Positions 1 through 12,520 of a DNA stretch of 64,000 nt are shown piece after piece. Origin of the DNA: Lama glama (lineage: Eukaryota). The translations under genes were made by a program, and so were the position numbers. Numbering within the stretch: position 1 is the first letter of the stretch; each line of letters opens with the position of its first letter. Under the pieces are notes generated by a model. The model ran no database searches, was not told the DNA's origin, and saw nothing but the letters and a program-made list of their open reading frames with translations. The DNA lies in the NCBI GenBank assembly GCA_028534125.1, contig CM052817.1, positions 40,984,001 through 41,048,000 of the forward strand. The letters run 5' to 3'.

Positions 1-145
1 TGAGCAGCATTGGAAGCCATATGTGGAAGGTGGCAGAGCTGTTGTCAGCCTGGAGCCCTGAGAGATGGCATGAAGCAGAGGGGCAGCCAACCTGAAACAC
101 TCTTCTCAGACTATTACCCTAGAGAAAAATGAGCTTCTGTTCCTA
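1..145 (+). mobile_element. MLT1 (ERVL-MaLR) LTR 3' fragment
   Basis: gaagccatatgtggaaggtggcagagc...tcagcctggagccctga...agagaaaaatgagcttct resembles the 3' part of old MLT1H-K LTRs. Confidence 0.55.
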
Positions 146-414
146 AAGGATGCACAGTTTCTGCCTGAGCTTGACTGTTCCCATTGAAATGCATGCCTCT
201 GACAATGCAATGGCTATGGTTTTGTCCCCAAAGAAATGTTAGTTTCAAGTTAAGTTCCCCATTGTTTGGAAGCACTGCTTAGGAGAGGACCATCTGCTGT
301 GACTATCCAGGGACCCCAACAGGGCCTTGACTAAAGCTGGATCAGAAGGACCTCCGTCTTCTAGTATTGAGCTTTATATCCACTATACATCTGGCACCTG
401 AATGGTCAACCACT

Positions 415-1290
415 TTTTCTCATGAGCTGGAATATCAGGGAGTGACAGAAGCTTCACGCTCTGAAAGATGGACCAAAGATCAAGGATACATCTAATGTTC
501 TTAATATCTTAAATGCATTAAGCAGCTGTCAGATATGCCATTTAGCGGAATTTTCAAGGAAATCTGGTAGAGGCACTCAGCAGACGCTGCATACTTACTG
601 AAATTCAGACAGACCTAGGATGGCTTCCAAAAGGTATTAAATACAGAGATGGTAGGGCCTTGTCTGATGGATTATTTGTCTACTAGTTATTTGTGTAGGG
701 AGGCAACCCAGATACTGTGACTCTGCTGTATTGTCATATTACCAAACTAGCTGGCCTTTAAAAGTGATCCAAGATCCTGAGCATGGCTGTAGGGACTTTG
801 GGAGCCCTAGCCAGCAAAGCCCGTAATGTACAGCAACCACTGGGATACCCGTGCTTGGGCCAGACTCACCTAGAATTCACAAAGGCTGATAGACCACTGT
901 TAAAATGGATTTCGTCACGGACCTGCTCCCCTTCTGTGGCCACAATGAGGGTTGATACCCTCACCAAGATGGCAGATCACAGAACACGTAACAGTTAGCT
1001 GTACTCTGTTCATTAGAGGAATTCCTGCCTCCACCATTAGTGTAAAACCTAACCTCTGATTCCAGGTATCAGTTATATCCTAAGTCTAGGAGGCATAGTT
1101 CAAAATTCTGCTTTTCCAGAACCATCCATGCTCAGCTGCTCATCCTCACACTAATGGTCTAGGGGAATATACTGTGGCCTCTTCTACACAGAATCTGACA
1201 TGCCATGTACCTTGATACTGCAAAGTCTACATATAATGGTTTACATCTCTTCGTACAGAAAGCCCTACAGTTTCTCTTCTCTCTCTCTTT
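415..1290 (+). mobile_element. Highly decayed ancient non-LTR retrotransposon, APE-endonuclease relic (L4/RTE-X-like)
   Basis: Ordered motif relics across frameshifts: MSWNIRE (422), IFKEIW (550), DGRALSDGLFVY (648), NVQQP, TMRVDTLTKM, NGLGEYT (1153-1173), VP*YC (1207), RTES (1252). Confidence 0.45.
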
Positions 1291-2932
1291 CTTTTTTGCT
1301 GTACCTCCAAATACTACCACACCCCAACATCTGGCAGGTACCTGGAAAAACTACCAGTTACCTAAGAAGATCTGGAACACCATTTTCTACATCAAGAAGC
1401 CATTCAGTGCTGATTCTTACAGTCTATGAGCATCAGGACAATAGTCTGAATGGAAGAAACCTATTTTCTAGAGGACCACTCTTTGGAACTATTTAAGATA
1501 AAGAAAAATAACGGCACTGCATTTCCTACTATCCCATGCCTGTGGACACACCCTGGCTTCCACTGGTCTCCGTTACATCTGTCCTCAGAAACTCTGTTCC
1601 CACCCCCAATTCTCAGTCTGCCCCTCAGAGCCTAAGGTAGAGAAACAGTGTGTGGAGTTCGTCACTGCAGAGAACAACAACAACTTCCAACAGCTGACTG
1701 CAGGGATTGGCATGGGCCTCAGCCCACCACTCATCTCAGCAGTCCCCTGGTGTGTGCCATCCAGCAAGTCCGCGGTGGCCTCAAGACCCACTGCCCAGGG
1801 ATGGTTATCTGCATTGTAGAGAATGACAGTTTGGGGGAAGAATTTAATATATATCTCAAGAAAAAATGATGAAGCCCAAAGCAACCAATGTCTGCTATAT
1901 GAAGCCAGCTGCTTAGAATAACTTGGCCAGAATATGGCTCTGAAGCACAACATTCAGATGGAGTTTATAATATGAATATAAAGTGAGGAAGCTGATGAAT
2001 AAAATCAACAAGAATTATATACCACAATAAATAATAGATGCAAAATGTGAAGTGACTAGAATACTTTTTGAAACTCCAGCTACAGCAAAAACCAAATTAT
2101 TTTTTTCCTAAAAAGCTGGAGAAAATCAGCAGGTAAAAAGTTTGAAGCTGTTAGAATTCCTATAAGAACAATGAAGAGAGGCTTATTATCTGAAAGTGGA
2201 AAAAGTCTGGTGACACTGAGGAAAAGCTGTGAGTCTAGAACATTTCATTGTGGAACTGTCTCATGGCAGTAAAAGTGATTAAAAATGGGAAAAGGACAAA
2301 TAATGCTAAGGCACTGGAAAATGAAGAAGAAACAAAATAATTAATAGCAGACATGGTGGCTGAGGAAGGGAATAGCACAACTGAGTTTTGAGGAATGGAA
2401 GCATTCCAGGGCCTGTGACTCCATGGTTGCACCGCACAAAGCTTTTTGAGGACCTTCGGCAAATAGAATGAAGGAGAAATAAATAATGAATGTCAAAGGC
2501 TAAGAAAGATTTTAGAAACTGTAGACCACCACCACTACTGAAAATTCACTGCAGTAGATTTTACCTGCAGGACCTGCTGTGGTTAGCTAGGTTAACAAAG
2601 GGCGTGTCACAAGGTTTTGCAATACAGCATATGTGGTAGTAAATACATGAATGGAACAAAAATCCTAGAACATTCCAAAGGAAAATAGTAGAGTCTATGT
2701 TATATTTGAATTAATGAGATGCTTTTGTTTTATCCAACAAACTATGATTGTTTTTCTTTAAGACCGTGTTAAAATTTATGGTGCTTTAAGTTACCCTCAG
2801 CATATCTGGCCAGCCCATGTGAGCATTTTTGAAATCACTGAATAGAAGAGAGAGGAGATGGAAGCCTGAAGGCAATGAAATATGTCAGCCAACGCCTGGC
2901 TTTATTCTATGTGTAGTCTGTTGATAATCTCT

Positions 2933-3335
2933 GCATTCACCCAGATATCACTGAGAGAAGCAGAACCAGTAGGAGACATATATCAATAAATTTATTTCAA
3001 GGAATCGATTGCACATTTTGGGGCTGGCTGGGTAGGTCTAAAATCCATAGGTTGAGCTATTAGGACAGGAAGGCTAGGACTCTCAGGCACAGGCTGGAGC
3101 TGCTGCCCACAGGTGGAATTTCCTCTCCTTCTGGAAGCCTTAGCTGTTCTCTTAAGGGCTTTCAACTGACTGCATCAGGCCCACTCAGGTTATCTAGGAT
3201 GATCTCCCTTACTTAAAGTCAACTGATTATAGACTTTAGTCACATCTGCAAAATATCTTCACAACAGATGGATTAGTGTTTGATTGAATGACTAGAACTG
3301 TAGCTGGCCAGGCTGGCACATCAAAATACTACCAA
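2933..3335 (-). mobile_element. MLT2D-like ERVL solo LTR
   Basis: agagaagcagaaccagtaggagacatatat...cccttacttaaagtcaactgattatagacttt...ttagtgtttgattgaatgact matches the reverse complement of the MLT2D consensus. Confidence 0.85.
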
Positions 3336-3504
3336 ACTCTCTCAGGGAAACTTGGTAAGAATGAGGTGTTAAAGGAAAAGGAATACAATTATAGGAGCTC
3401 AGCCAAGGAGCATGTTGGTCATTTATTCTGATAATAAAGAAATGGAGAATGCATTTAACCTATATGACTGGAATTTGAAAAATACTGGATTGAGCAAAAG
3501 TCAT

Positions 3505-3760
3505 TACTTCACTCGCTTAATCATCGACTCACCATTACCCTTGTGCATTCATCAACATTTTTTTTCTATCTAATGTGTGAGGCACAGGGTTATAACAATA
3601 AGGCACAGCCTTTTTGAATAAATGGCTCCCAGCCTGGTAAGAGAGATACAGAAGTAAAAAGGCATTTACAAAATGTAGAAGCATATTTATGCTATGGGAA
3701 CAGCAAGGAAGACCAATGAGATGGTAGATAAATGGAAATGAACATGTCTTGAAGTGTAGA
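3505..3760 (-). mobile_element. L2 3' end fragment
   Basis: cattcatcaacattt...tgtgtgaggcacagg...gctatgggaacagcaagga, typical L2 tail in reverse. Confidence 0.5.
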
Positions 3761-4259
3761 AATAGGTGATAGGCCAGTGAAAATTCTTGGCATATATGAT
3801 AGGAAGATGAATAATGAAAATGGTAATAAAAATAGAGGAAGTAAAAAGTTAGCAGGCAGGGGAGGGTAACATTTTATGCTAATTTCCCTCTTACATATTC
3901 ATGAGGTATGGCTCCCCCACCAAGAGTATGTGTGATCCCACCAACAGTAATGAAGATCTTTTTACGGCCTGTGGACAAGCAGCACGCTCTCAGAGGGCAG
4001 GTGCACATCTGCGGGGCTGGAGGGGAACGGGCATGCTGTGTAGGATTTTTTCACACTTCAGGGTTGCGGCATTTCAACTTTAAGAGGCCAGAAGATAAGA
4101 ATGATGGCTGAGTATGTGGATAACTGAAATACCAAATTTCTGAGTTGGCTAAGAAGGATCCACTGGAAAGGAATAATGTTTATAGTGAATTTCTCTGTCC
4201 CCGAAGGCATCAGGTTATGTTTCCTCCTTTCCCCCCGTCTTCCAAAATAGACCTCCACT

Positions 4260-4740
4260 GTATTAACTTGGGCTCTTAGTGGCAAGTAATAGAAATCAAT
4301 TCAAACAGGCTGAACACAAAATGATTGTTGTAAGAATGAAGGAATAGATCATAGAACCGAGGGCGGGAGGGTAGCTGGATCTCAGACGGGGGCTGCACTG
4401 GGGGTTTTCACGCTCACTCTCCTTCTCTCCTGTCTGCTCACTGACTTCATCCTCCCTGGGAACCAGTGGTCTTAGATCCCCAGTCCCCGTGGTGGAATAT
4501 CTGCTACATCATGGACTGTTTGCTGCAGAGTTAACAGTTACAGCTGCAGCTACACAGAGAGATGGTCCCAGTTCTAAACCGCATGGACCTGGTTTGGACC
4601 AGGTATCTGCCCATTCAGTCAGGTACAGCCCAGGATGGGGAGCAGAGAGGCTCTGAGCTCTACAGTGGGAGAGATGGGGCATGGGCTAGTTAGATGTTTC
4701 CAGGGAAGCGCCCAGAAAGAGAAGGGGGGTGTGGAGCACC
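4260..4740 (-). mobile_element. Old MLT1-type LTR
   Basis: tattaacttgggctcttagtggcaagtaatagaaatcaattcaaacaggctga start and internal gacttcatcctc / ggaccaggtatctgccc blocks. Confidence 0.55.
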
Positions 4741-6116
4741 TTCTACACTTTCAGCCCTTTCTGTGACGTTCTTGGTTCCTACCTTTATTATTTTTCATCC
4801 TGACCTATGCGTGGGCCTTATTTTCATAGCCCTAGAAAACTATGATGCCTGAGATCCAGAGTGAGGTCTTTAAGAAACAACAGTCCATGGGCTTCATTTA
4901 TTTTTCCATTTTAGTAAAACCATAGTAACACACTGAATCAAACATCCGCCCTCCCCACTTCTCTTTCACTGGAGTCCACCTACCCCAGGAATTAAAAAGC
5001 AAAAACCCAGGGGATCATTGCATCTCACTCAGCTCCTCTTGTGTGCTTAGCATTGCGGAGATCGGTATCAGGGATACAGAAGGAGCATAAGATATGGAGC
5101 TTGCAAAAAAGAAAAAGGCTTAGTATTATCTATTGAAAGAATAAAAGATTGCAAATAAACCTTATTATGTCAGATTAATATTCTAATACAACATACTAAT
5201 ATGATAGACATAATGCCACAAAGTACTAGAGAAACACACTTGGGGCACTGTTCCCCCTCGGCTTCTCGTGTACCTGTGGATCGGTCTTCTAGCTCGGCCT
5301 CACCCCGTGTGCCCCTCCTGCTTCCTCAGGGAGAGAGGAGAAGGCCTGGTGAGATCGGGGCGGAAACCCTGGGAAACACCCGGCTGGGAAGAAGGTGAAC
5401 GTGAATATGGAAATATTTCTGAACCTGACTAGTGGTTTTTGAAATCAAATTTATTAGACTTCTCTCCCCATTATACCCGACCACCTCTCCATAGATATCT
5501 ATAGTGATGGTAATTGCTCTATTTTTCTGAGCGTTAGCCCTTGTAATAGTCTTATAATGATAATATATTTTACATGGTAATATCCTAGTAAGAATACTAC
5601 ATGTAAGATTAGGTGAATTGTATTTGACAAATTTAATTTTAAAAAGCTAACAGGAAAAACCACATCCCAATGAGATTAAACGCTGGCTTAAGTCCTCAAA
5701 GCGGGAAATTGCTGGAAGGTTAATTTTGCCTTTATCATGGCTCCACTCCCTACTCCCAGAGGGCTTTGCAGCTGCTCCCAGAGCCTGTGCTCTGAGCCTC
5801 TGAAGCGCTTGTGGGCTCCCGGGTGAATGGCAGGTGAACTTCAAAGTGAGTTTTTCCTTGTTGCTTTTACTGCTTATCTCTTAATAGACCAAGTGAAGAT
5901 TAGTAAATAGATGAATTTAAGTGAATGAATTCAGAGGTTTGTGGGGAAAGATGATCAACAGGCTTAAAAGTAATTTAATATCCTCTGGCCCTGGATGATT
6001 TTCTCCTTCTTTTATAAATAGTTCAACAGAGTAAAATCTCAATTAGTTTTGACAGGAAGAGTCTGTTTAATTTTTCAGTGTATCAGCAGTTTCAGAAGTT
6101 TGGTTTTGTAAAAAAA

Positions 6117-6135
6117 CCAACCAACCAACCAACAA
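6117..6135. repeat. (AACC)n microsatellite
   Basis: accaaccaaccaaccaacaac seen directly. Confidence 0.8.
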
Positions 6136-6446
6136 CTCAAAGTGCCATAAAGTTCACAAAGCTAAATTTGAAATTTGAAGGCAAACCTGTCACATCATGC
6201 TTTTAGGGAGATGGAATGGCGTCTCCCTCAGAAATAGTGCCAGAAAGGGAGGTAGCTCTGACCGCAGGCCCCTCCTAAGGGTGTGAAAGAAGCAACTTCT
6301 ATCATGACGACTCACTGGAAAACAGCCACAATTTTATTATAATAAAGTAAATATAAAATTTAATTTAATGGTAATAGGAAATGCAGCATTTTCCCTCTTG
6401 TTTGTAATTGTGCCCAGTGTCATACATAGAATATTCTGTCTGAGGT

Positions 6447-6822
6447 TATGATAGTTGATTTTATGTGTCAAGTCGGTTTGGCCACGGCGCCCAGAGCTGT
6501 GGTCAGATGTTATTCTGGGTGTCTCTGTTGAGGGTGTTTTTGGATGAGGTTAACATTTACATTGGTGGACTTTGAGTAAAGCAGATTGCCCTCCGTAGTG
6601 TGGGTGGGCCTCAGCCAGTCATTTGAAGGTCCAAATAGAACAAAAGTCTGGCTCATACCTGGGTCTCTGGCCTGCAGGCTCCCCCCTGCAGATTCTGGAC
6701 TTATCAACCTCCATAATCGTATGATTTAATTCTTTAAAATTGCTCTTTGTCTCTCTGCCGCTCATACACACACAGACACACATGCATATACCTCCTATTG
6801 GTTCTGTTTCTCAGACTAACAC
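6447..6822 (+). mobile_element. MLT2B-like ERVL solo LTR
   Basis: tgatagttgattttatgtgtcaagt...tttggatgaggttaacatttacattggtggactttgagtaaagcagattgccctcc...cctattggttctgtttctcagactaacaca. Confidence 0.85.
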
Positions 6823-7131
6823 AAAGGTTGAGTTCTATTATTTGAAGGGGGGGGAGAAAAAAGAGAAAATAAAGCAGCTCCCTTTAAAAGTAGCTCCCCT
6901 TAAGAATTTATTTAAATGGTATAGAGTCTGTTACTTCCTTTAAAACACTACCTCCTGAATGTATAAGTTTATAAATCATTTAAAAGGTGTTTTATTTAAG
7001 CAAGCACTTAATGATTTGGAACAAAAGCTGCATTAGGAAGTAGATTGTGTGGGACACATTTTAACAAGTATTAGATTGTGAACTCATGGAAGACGAGGTC
7101 ATTTGCATCATATCGGGTTCAGTCTCTGACC

Positions 7132-7216
7132 TGTTATATTGAGCCATAGGAAACTGCTGATATTTGAGTGTGTCTGACCTGTAACAAAAAGCAATTACAT
7201 ATGGTTCAATCCAATA
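7132..7216. mobile_element. MADE2 mariner-derived MITE
   Basis: About 85 bp with imperfect long TIRs (ttgagccataggaaactgct ... gcaattacatatggttcaa), matching MADE2. Confidence 0.8.
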
Positions 7217-7689
7217 GAAGTATATTGTATTCTTGTATGACAATGGCCAGAAAAAAGCATTTCTAGATTTTTTCCACTTAGTTTCCTTGATTTAGAGTCA
7301 GGGTTTTTTTTTTTCTTTCTTTTTATGACCAGTGTAGTGAGTATATGATAAAGGTAACCAAATACTTTATGTGAATAATACACAAACTTGGGCAGGACGA
7401 TTGACTCTGTTAAGTATTTTTCATCAAATCTTGGAATTTCAACTCTTTTCTGAGTACACCACAACACTCCTGAAATCACAGATACAATCTCTTTTCCCCC
7501 TTAATGTAGATTCCACCTACGGCACATTCCACGCAAGTGGACTGGCTGTGTACCAGGCGTTCACATTGATGCTACTGAAGTGCCGGTTGGTGTTCAGTGT
7601 GTCCCTTAGTTGTTATCAATACATCTACTCAAGAATAATTTATGACATCCTAGTGATCTCTGGCCAGGCAAGATCTGTTTGTGTGTAAC

Positions 7690-7900
7690 AGCAATGCCTT
7701 ACATTTGGGTAGCCCTTGACAGCGGAGAAAGCTCATTCTCCTGTCATCTTCACACAAACATCACACAATACACTGTCTTTCCCATATTTATCACGGAGAA
7801 GACGCAACCCAGACAGCTGAACTCACTTGCTGAAGTTACATAACTTAATGGAAGGAGCGGGAACTTCTGAGTCACTCTGGGCACTGTTATTTTACCACTG
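7690..7900 (-). mobile_element. MIR (MIRc/MIR3-like) SINE
   Basis: ttacatttgggtagccctt...cccatatttatcacggagaagac...cacttgctgaagttacataac. Confidence 0.55.
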
Positions 7901-9169
7901 AGAGATTGATTCCCAGCTTTTCTGCACCTCGCTCATCTCCGTCCAATTTGCTTCTAACCCATTTTTGTGGATTAGCTCACCACAGGACCATGAGTTGCTC
8001 ATGTCACAGGATTCTGCACATTTTCGTGGCTGTGTTTTCAAGGAAAGTCTTAGCAGTTCCCTGCTGCATTCTGGTGAATGATCTCGTCTATCTCTGAGCT
8101 TGTCCTTGTTCCAGGATACAGAGCTGACTTTGCAAATGGCCCATAAAGCACGTGTACTTTGAAATCATAGCCATCTGCGTGTGGTGGAGCTGGGGATGTG
8201 GCACCGAGCAGCAGGCTGTTTACAAACCTCATTTGCCTGGCTCGCTCAAAAAGGAGACATCAGGATACCTGTGTAGCTGTTGTACAGTAAGCTGAATTCA
8301 GAAACTGTGGAAAATGAGGGAAGAAAAATTGGTGAGGGACTTCTTAGGGTCCTGCCTTGAGTGCTGGAGAACAGCAGGGGCTAAGTGGGAAGTATGTGGC
8401 CGTGGACCAGCCTGGCTATTACCAACTGGCTGGGAGAGTCCTTTCCAGCGCAGGTGCAGATGGAAGCTTGGTCTCAGGCAAGATGCCTTGGAGTCCAAGG
8501 GCTGTTCCCAACTCTGCTCCGTGTCTGCCCGAGGACTGTGCATACAGCCCGGACACATAGATTGGAAGAAAAAAATTGTCCATATCAGCAGAACGTTCCT
8601 TGTGGTCACAGAATAACACTGACTTTGTAGTTAAGGAAAAATTATTTACCTCTTTGTTTCAGTATCTTTTAGCACCGTTGCTGGTATCTTTTATTCTTGG
8701 AAGGAAAAAAATTACAGTTCTCGTTTGCTATTGGGTTATCTGAATCTGTCTTGACTATTGTATAAATTCACAGAGTTTGCAGCTATATCTTCAAATGTTG
8801 TTCACAATTTCCCTAATTATGGATTTTCTTTCTTGTGAATTTATTTTTCAGGCTTTTGCCTAGACGTTTATAGTTGCTTCGTGCTTTCTGGCTCAGTGCC
8901 ACAGGGACAATTCGGGCACAAAACAAACATTAGCAGACTAGAATACAAGATCAGTCTCCTCTCTTGCTAATTACCACCCATTCCCGCTGACAGTCTTCAG
9001 ATCTTAAGGAGAAAACACACGACTTACCTGAAAAGCAGGGGCAAGCTCTGTGTGTAATTTCACCTGGCTGGGTGTGCTTTGTCAGAGCAGTTTTCAGTGC
9101 TGACTTTCCGGTTGGCACAACTTAAACAACAGCTGCAGCACCAAGGTCACCTCTAGCACTGGAATTGAA

Positions 9170-9280
9170 ACTCGATTTCCCCATCTGTAAAATTGGAATA
9201 ATCATAGCTACATCATAATGTTTGAAGGTCAAGTGAGTTAATGAATGAGAAATGGCTTTGTAAAGCTGTAAAGTGCTGTT
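9170..9280 (+). mobile_element. MIR SINE core/3' fragment
   Basis: ctcgatttccccatctgtaaaattggaataat...ctttgtaaagctgtaaagtgctgt. Confidence 0.75.
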
Positions 9281-9516
9281 AAGAACTTCAGCTGCTGTGA
9301 TGAAGATTGCTATGATTTTTGGAAGTTAGAGAATTTCTACACTGTCAGTTTTAAGTTGCCCTTTCCTTTTTTTGTTCCCTTAATGAATGAATTTGCTTAT
9401 AGGTATTATGATTAGAATACATACACATACACACACACCACACAATTCCTTATAGATTACCTTCTAAGAATTGTCAAAAGATTGGTTTTAAAAATCATGA
9501 CTACATAGAATTTTGA

Positions 9517-9736
9517 GAGGGGTTGGCAGACTGCAGCCCACTGACAAAATCTGGCCAGCTGCCTGTATTTGTAAATAAAGTTTTACTGGAACACAGCCTG
9601 CCCATTTGTTTACAAACTGGCTGTAACTTCTTTTGAGCTACAACAACAGAGTTGGTTACTTGCCATAGACTGTACAACCTGAGAAGCCTAAAGCATTCAC
9701 TGTCTGGCCCTTTACAGAAAATGTTTATGACCCCTG
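9517..9736 (+). mobile_element. MER58A hAT-Charlie MITE
   Basis: TIRs gaggggttggcagact ... tgtttatgacccctg; internal tttgtaaataaagttttactggaacacagc; near-TSD aattttga / aatttgac. Confidence 0.9.
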
Positions 9737-9834
9737 AATTTGACCAAAGGATTTGACAAAATAAAAGAAATGTTAACTTAGCCTGAACATATCCTTTAAT
9801 GTCCCCAGTGGTTCAGTTAAATGAACACTTTGAC

Positions 9835-9920
9835 ACACAGTGGGGAGAATATAAACTGATGTAGTCTTTTTAAAGGGCAGTTTGTCAATATGTATCAAGC
9901 ATTTGAAAATTTTTCCTTCA
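9835..9920 (+). mobile_element. Old L1M (L1ME/MC) fragment
   Basis: tggggagaatataaactgatgtagtctttttaaagggcagtttgtcaatatgtatcaa. Confidence 0.55.
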
Positions 9921-10724
9921 ATTTTAGTCAATGAGTATTAATAGTGTTTACTTCTGAGACATAGTACTTCACGTGCTTTTAGAAGCAAGTGAACAAAAAC
10001 TCTTCTAACTCTTAAAATTCCCTGCCGTCAGCTTTAGAATCTTTGTAAGAACCCGATAAAAACACAAACATACCAACTCATATGATGCTGTGGGGAAAAC
10101 AGGCCCCTAGTTCAGTGCCACTTCAGCAGCTATTGCTTAAGGAGCTGTAGAGAGAGGCCTTTTAGTCTGTGGTTAGGCATTCTGTATTTTGTTTTGCAAG
10201 TTTAGAGCCTTATTTTTAGGTTTCCTTCAGGTTGAACAGATCCTAGGCTCTAAACGCTTCTACGTACTTTCTGATCAAACATCTCTGTTTCTCTTATAAT
10301 TGATACACACGTGTGCATGCACACTCACATGCATACACACACCCAAAATGACGATTCAGTATTAGTAACAAAAATATTATTATCTATTTTCAACTTCTCT
10401 TTTTCTGGAGCAATTAATTTTATGTGGAAAGTCCTTGTGTTTAACCAATAATGTCCTGTCTTTGGTAGACAGGAATTACAGTGGCTAAATACGTTATTTT
10501 AAAGATTCAGTTAAAAAAAAAGATTTCTAGTTAGAATAGCTAAAGTTGCAATAACAAAACTCAGAAAGAAAAAAAGGGAAAGAAATGGAATACAAGTTTA
10601 GAGCTTTTGCTATGGTTTAAAAATGACTTTATTCTGGAATCTATTTGCATTTATTATTCTTTTGTAGTCAGTGGTGGTTCCCTTCTTTGCTATCTTAACA
10701 TTCTTCCTCCAGGGATAAATGCAT

Positions 10725-10750
10725 AAGAGGAAGTGGTAACCCATGGCAAC
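10725..10750 (+). promoter_or_regulatory. Candidate ETS + RFX (X-box) composite site
   Basis: AAGAGGAAGTG adjoining GTAACC-CAT-GGCAAC, which fits GTNRCC(N0-3)RGYAAC. Confidence 0.3.
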
Positions 10751-11674
10751 CAGGCACTGTGTGAGAGGGCCAGACTAACTTGGAGGTGTACTTAACATTT
10801 TCTTGGTGAGGAAACCTTGTGGAAATGATTTCCCTTTTCCCCATTTTCATAATTCACAAGGAATGCATGTGGAATGCCATAATGAATGCACTGTGAGATA
10901 TGCTGCTAGAGGATGGAACCTAGTTATCAGCTTCTGAAGTTCTGTTTCAAGGCTGCATAACTGTATTAGAAAGCCTGGGGGCTTCTCAGTACATATGCAA
11001 AAGCTAAATGAGTGCTTATCAAAAGCATGTGTTTTCTCACACTCAGAGATGCAGTTTTGGTGATTACCAAGTGACTTGTGCTTCAAGAAAGAGTCAAGAA
11101 CTAGACTTATGAAAAAATAGACTGTGTCTTCTGTGTGTATATTGACTGAGATAAAGCATGCATACACAAGTTTGATCTATAGAAAAATGTGCCCCTGAGC
11201 ATAGAGATGGAGTTCTACTTTCTTGGAAGGGCTAGAGACTCTGATAAAAATTCTAAGAAAGACCCGTCTGTCCTCACTTACATAGATAAACATATCACAA
11301 TGTATTATTTGTTTCACTGTGGAAATGGAGTAGTGCTTCTGTTTTTACTGTTAATTTTTTTCTGCCAAATGGGAAAGCTTGACAAACTGATTATTAAATC
11401 TGAGTGTAGATGAAAGCATGAAATAGGATGTAGAGGAAAGGGCTTACTGTACTTCACTCTCTAGAACAAAACTCGGTGACAACTCTTCTCAAATAAAAAG
11501 AAACCATTAAATATTTAAGGATAAGAAATTAATGTGATTCTTTGCATTTGCAAAATGTACCACCTTCATTACAAAGATCATGAGCACATGGTGGCCTTAT
11601 TAATTTTACTTTGCCCTGTGAGTTAAGTAGCAGGGCAGATTTTACCACAGGGGGAAAATATCACTATAATATCT

Positions 11675-11760
11675 GTAAGTGTGTATTTGTGATATATGTG
11701 TGTGTTGTTATATGTGTACTTGTGATATGTATGTATGTGTGCATACATACGTACATAAAT
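11675..11760. repeat. Degenerate (TG/TA)n low-complexity tract
   Basis: gtgtgtatttgtgatatatgtgtgtgttgttatatgtgtacttgtgatatgtatgtatgtgtg. Confidence 0.7.
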
Positions 11761-11779
11761 ATCCTCCATCCATACATAT

Positions 11780-12520
11780 ACAGGCATCAGCATTATTTAC
11801 AACAGCAGAAAACCCTAGAATCAGACAGCTTGAATGCGTATCAATAGGAAGTGGTCTAAATAAATCATAGTTCTATGAAGAGCCTTTAAAAAAAAACAAA
11901 GTTTGGAGGAAAGTGACCAAAAGTTACCAACTTCCGTTATAAGATAAATAAGTACTAGGATGTGATGTGCAGCATAATGGCTCTAGTTAACACTGCTGTG
12001 TGACACATAGGAAAGTTGTTAAGAGAGTAAATCCTAAGAATTATCATCGCAAGGAGAACATTTTTTTCCTTCTTTCTTTTCCTTGTATTGTATCTCTATG
12101 AGATGATGGATGTTAGCTGAACCTATTATGATAATCATTTCACAATACATGTAAATCAAACCATCAGGCTGTGTGCTTTAAACTTAAACGGTGATGTATG
12201 GCAATTATTTCTCAATAAAATTGGGAAAAGAAAGGAATGAAGTCCATTTCTATGGGCTACTATGAATGTTCTCCAAGATATCAAATCAAGTAAAAAGAAA
12301 AAATGCTAAATAGTGTGAATGATCTCATTTATATAAAGAAAAGGCACACACATGCTGGCCAGTTATAACTTTTTGTTTTTGAAGGATGCATAAAAAGCTA
12401 TTAATAGTTAGATTTGGAGAGAAGGTGTGGGGTTTAGAGGAGAGAGAATTTTATATCTCATATCTTCTTAAACTGCATGAATTTTTTACTATGTGCCAGT
12501 AGTGATTTTGTCATTTAAAA
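11780..12520 (+). mobile_element. Old L1ME/MC 3' region, interrupted by a younger L1 at ~11900-12230
   Basis: cagcattatttacaacagcagaaaa...tcaataggaagtggtctaaataaatc...gcctttaaaaa resumes as ggaatgaagtccatttctatgggctactatgaatgttctccaagata. Confidence 0.65.
11900..12230 (+). mobile_element. L1 3' UTR (L1MA9-derived / Laurasiatherian type)
   Basis: aacttccgttataagataaataagtactaggatgtgatg...aaagttgttaagagagtaaatcctaaga...caattatttctcaataaaattgggaaaa. Confidence 0.85.
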
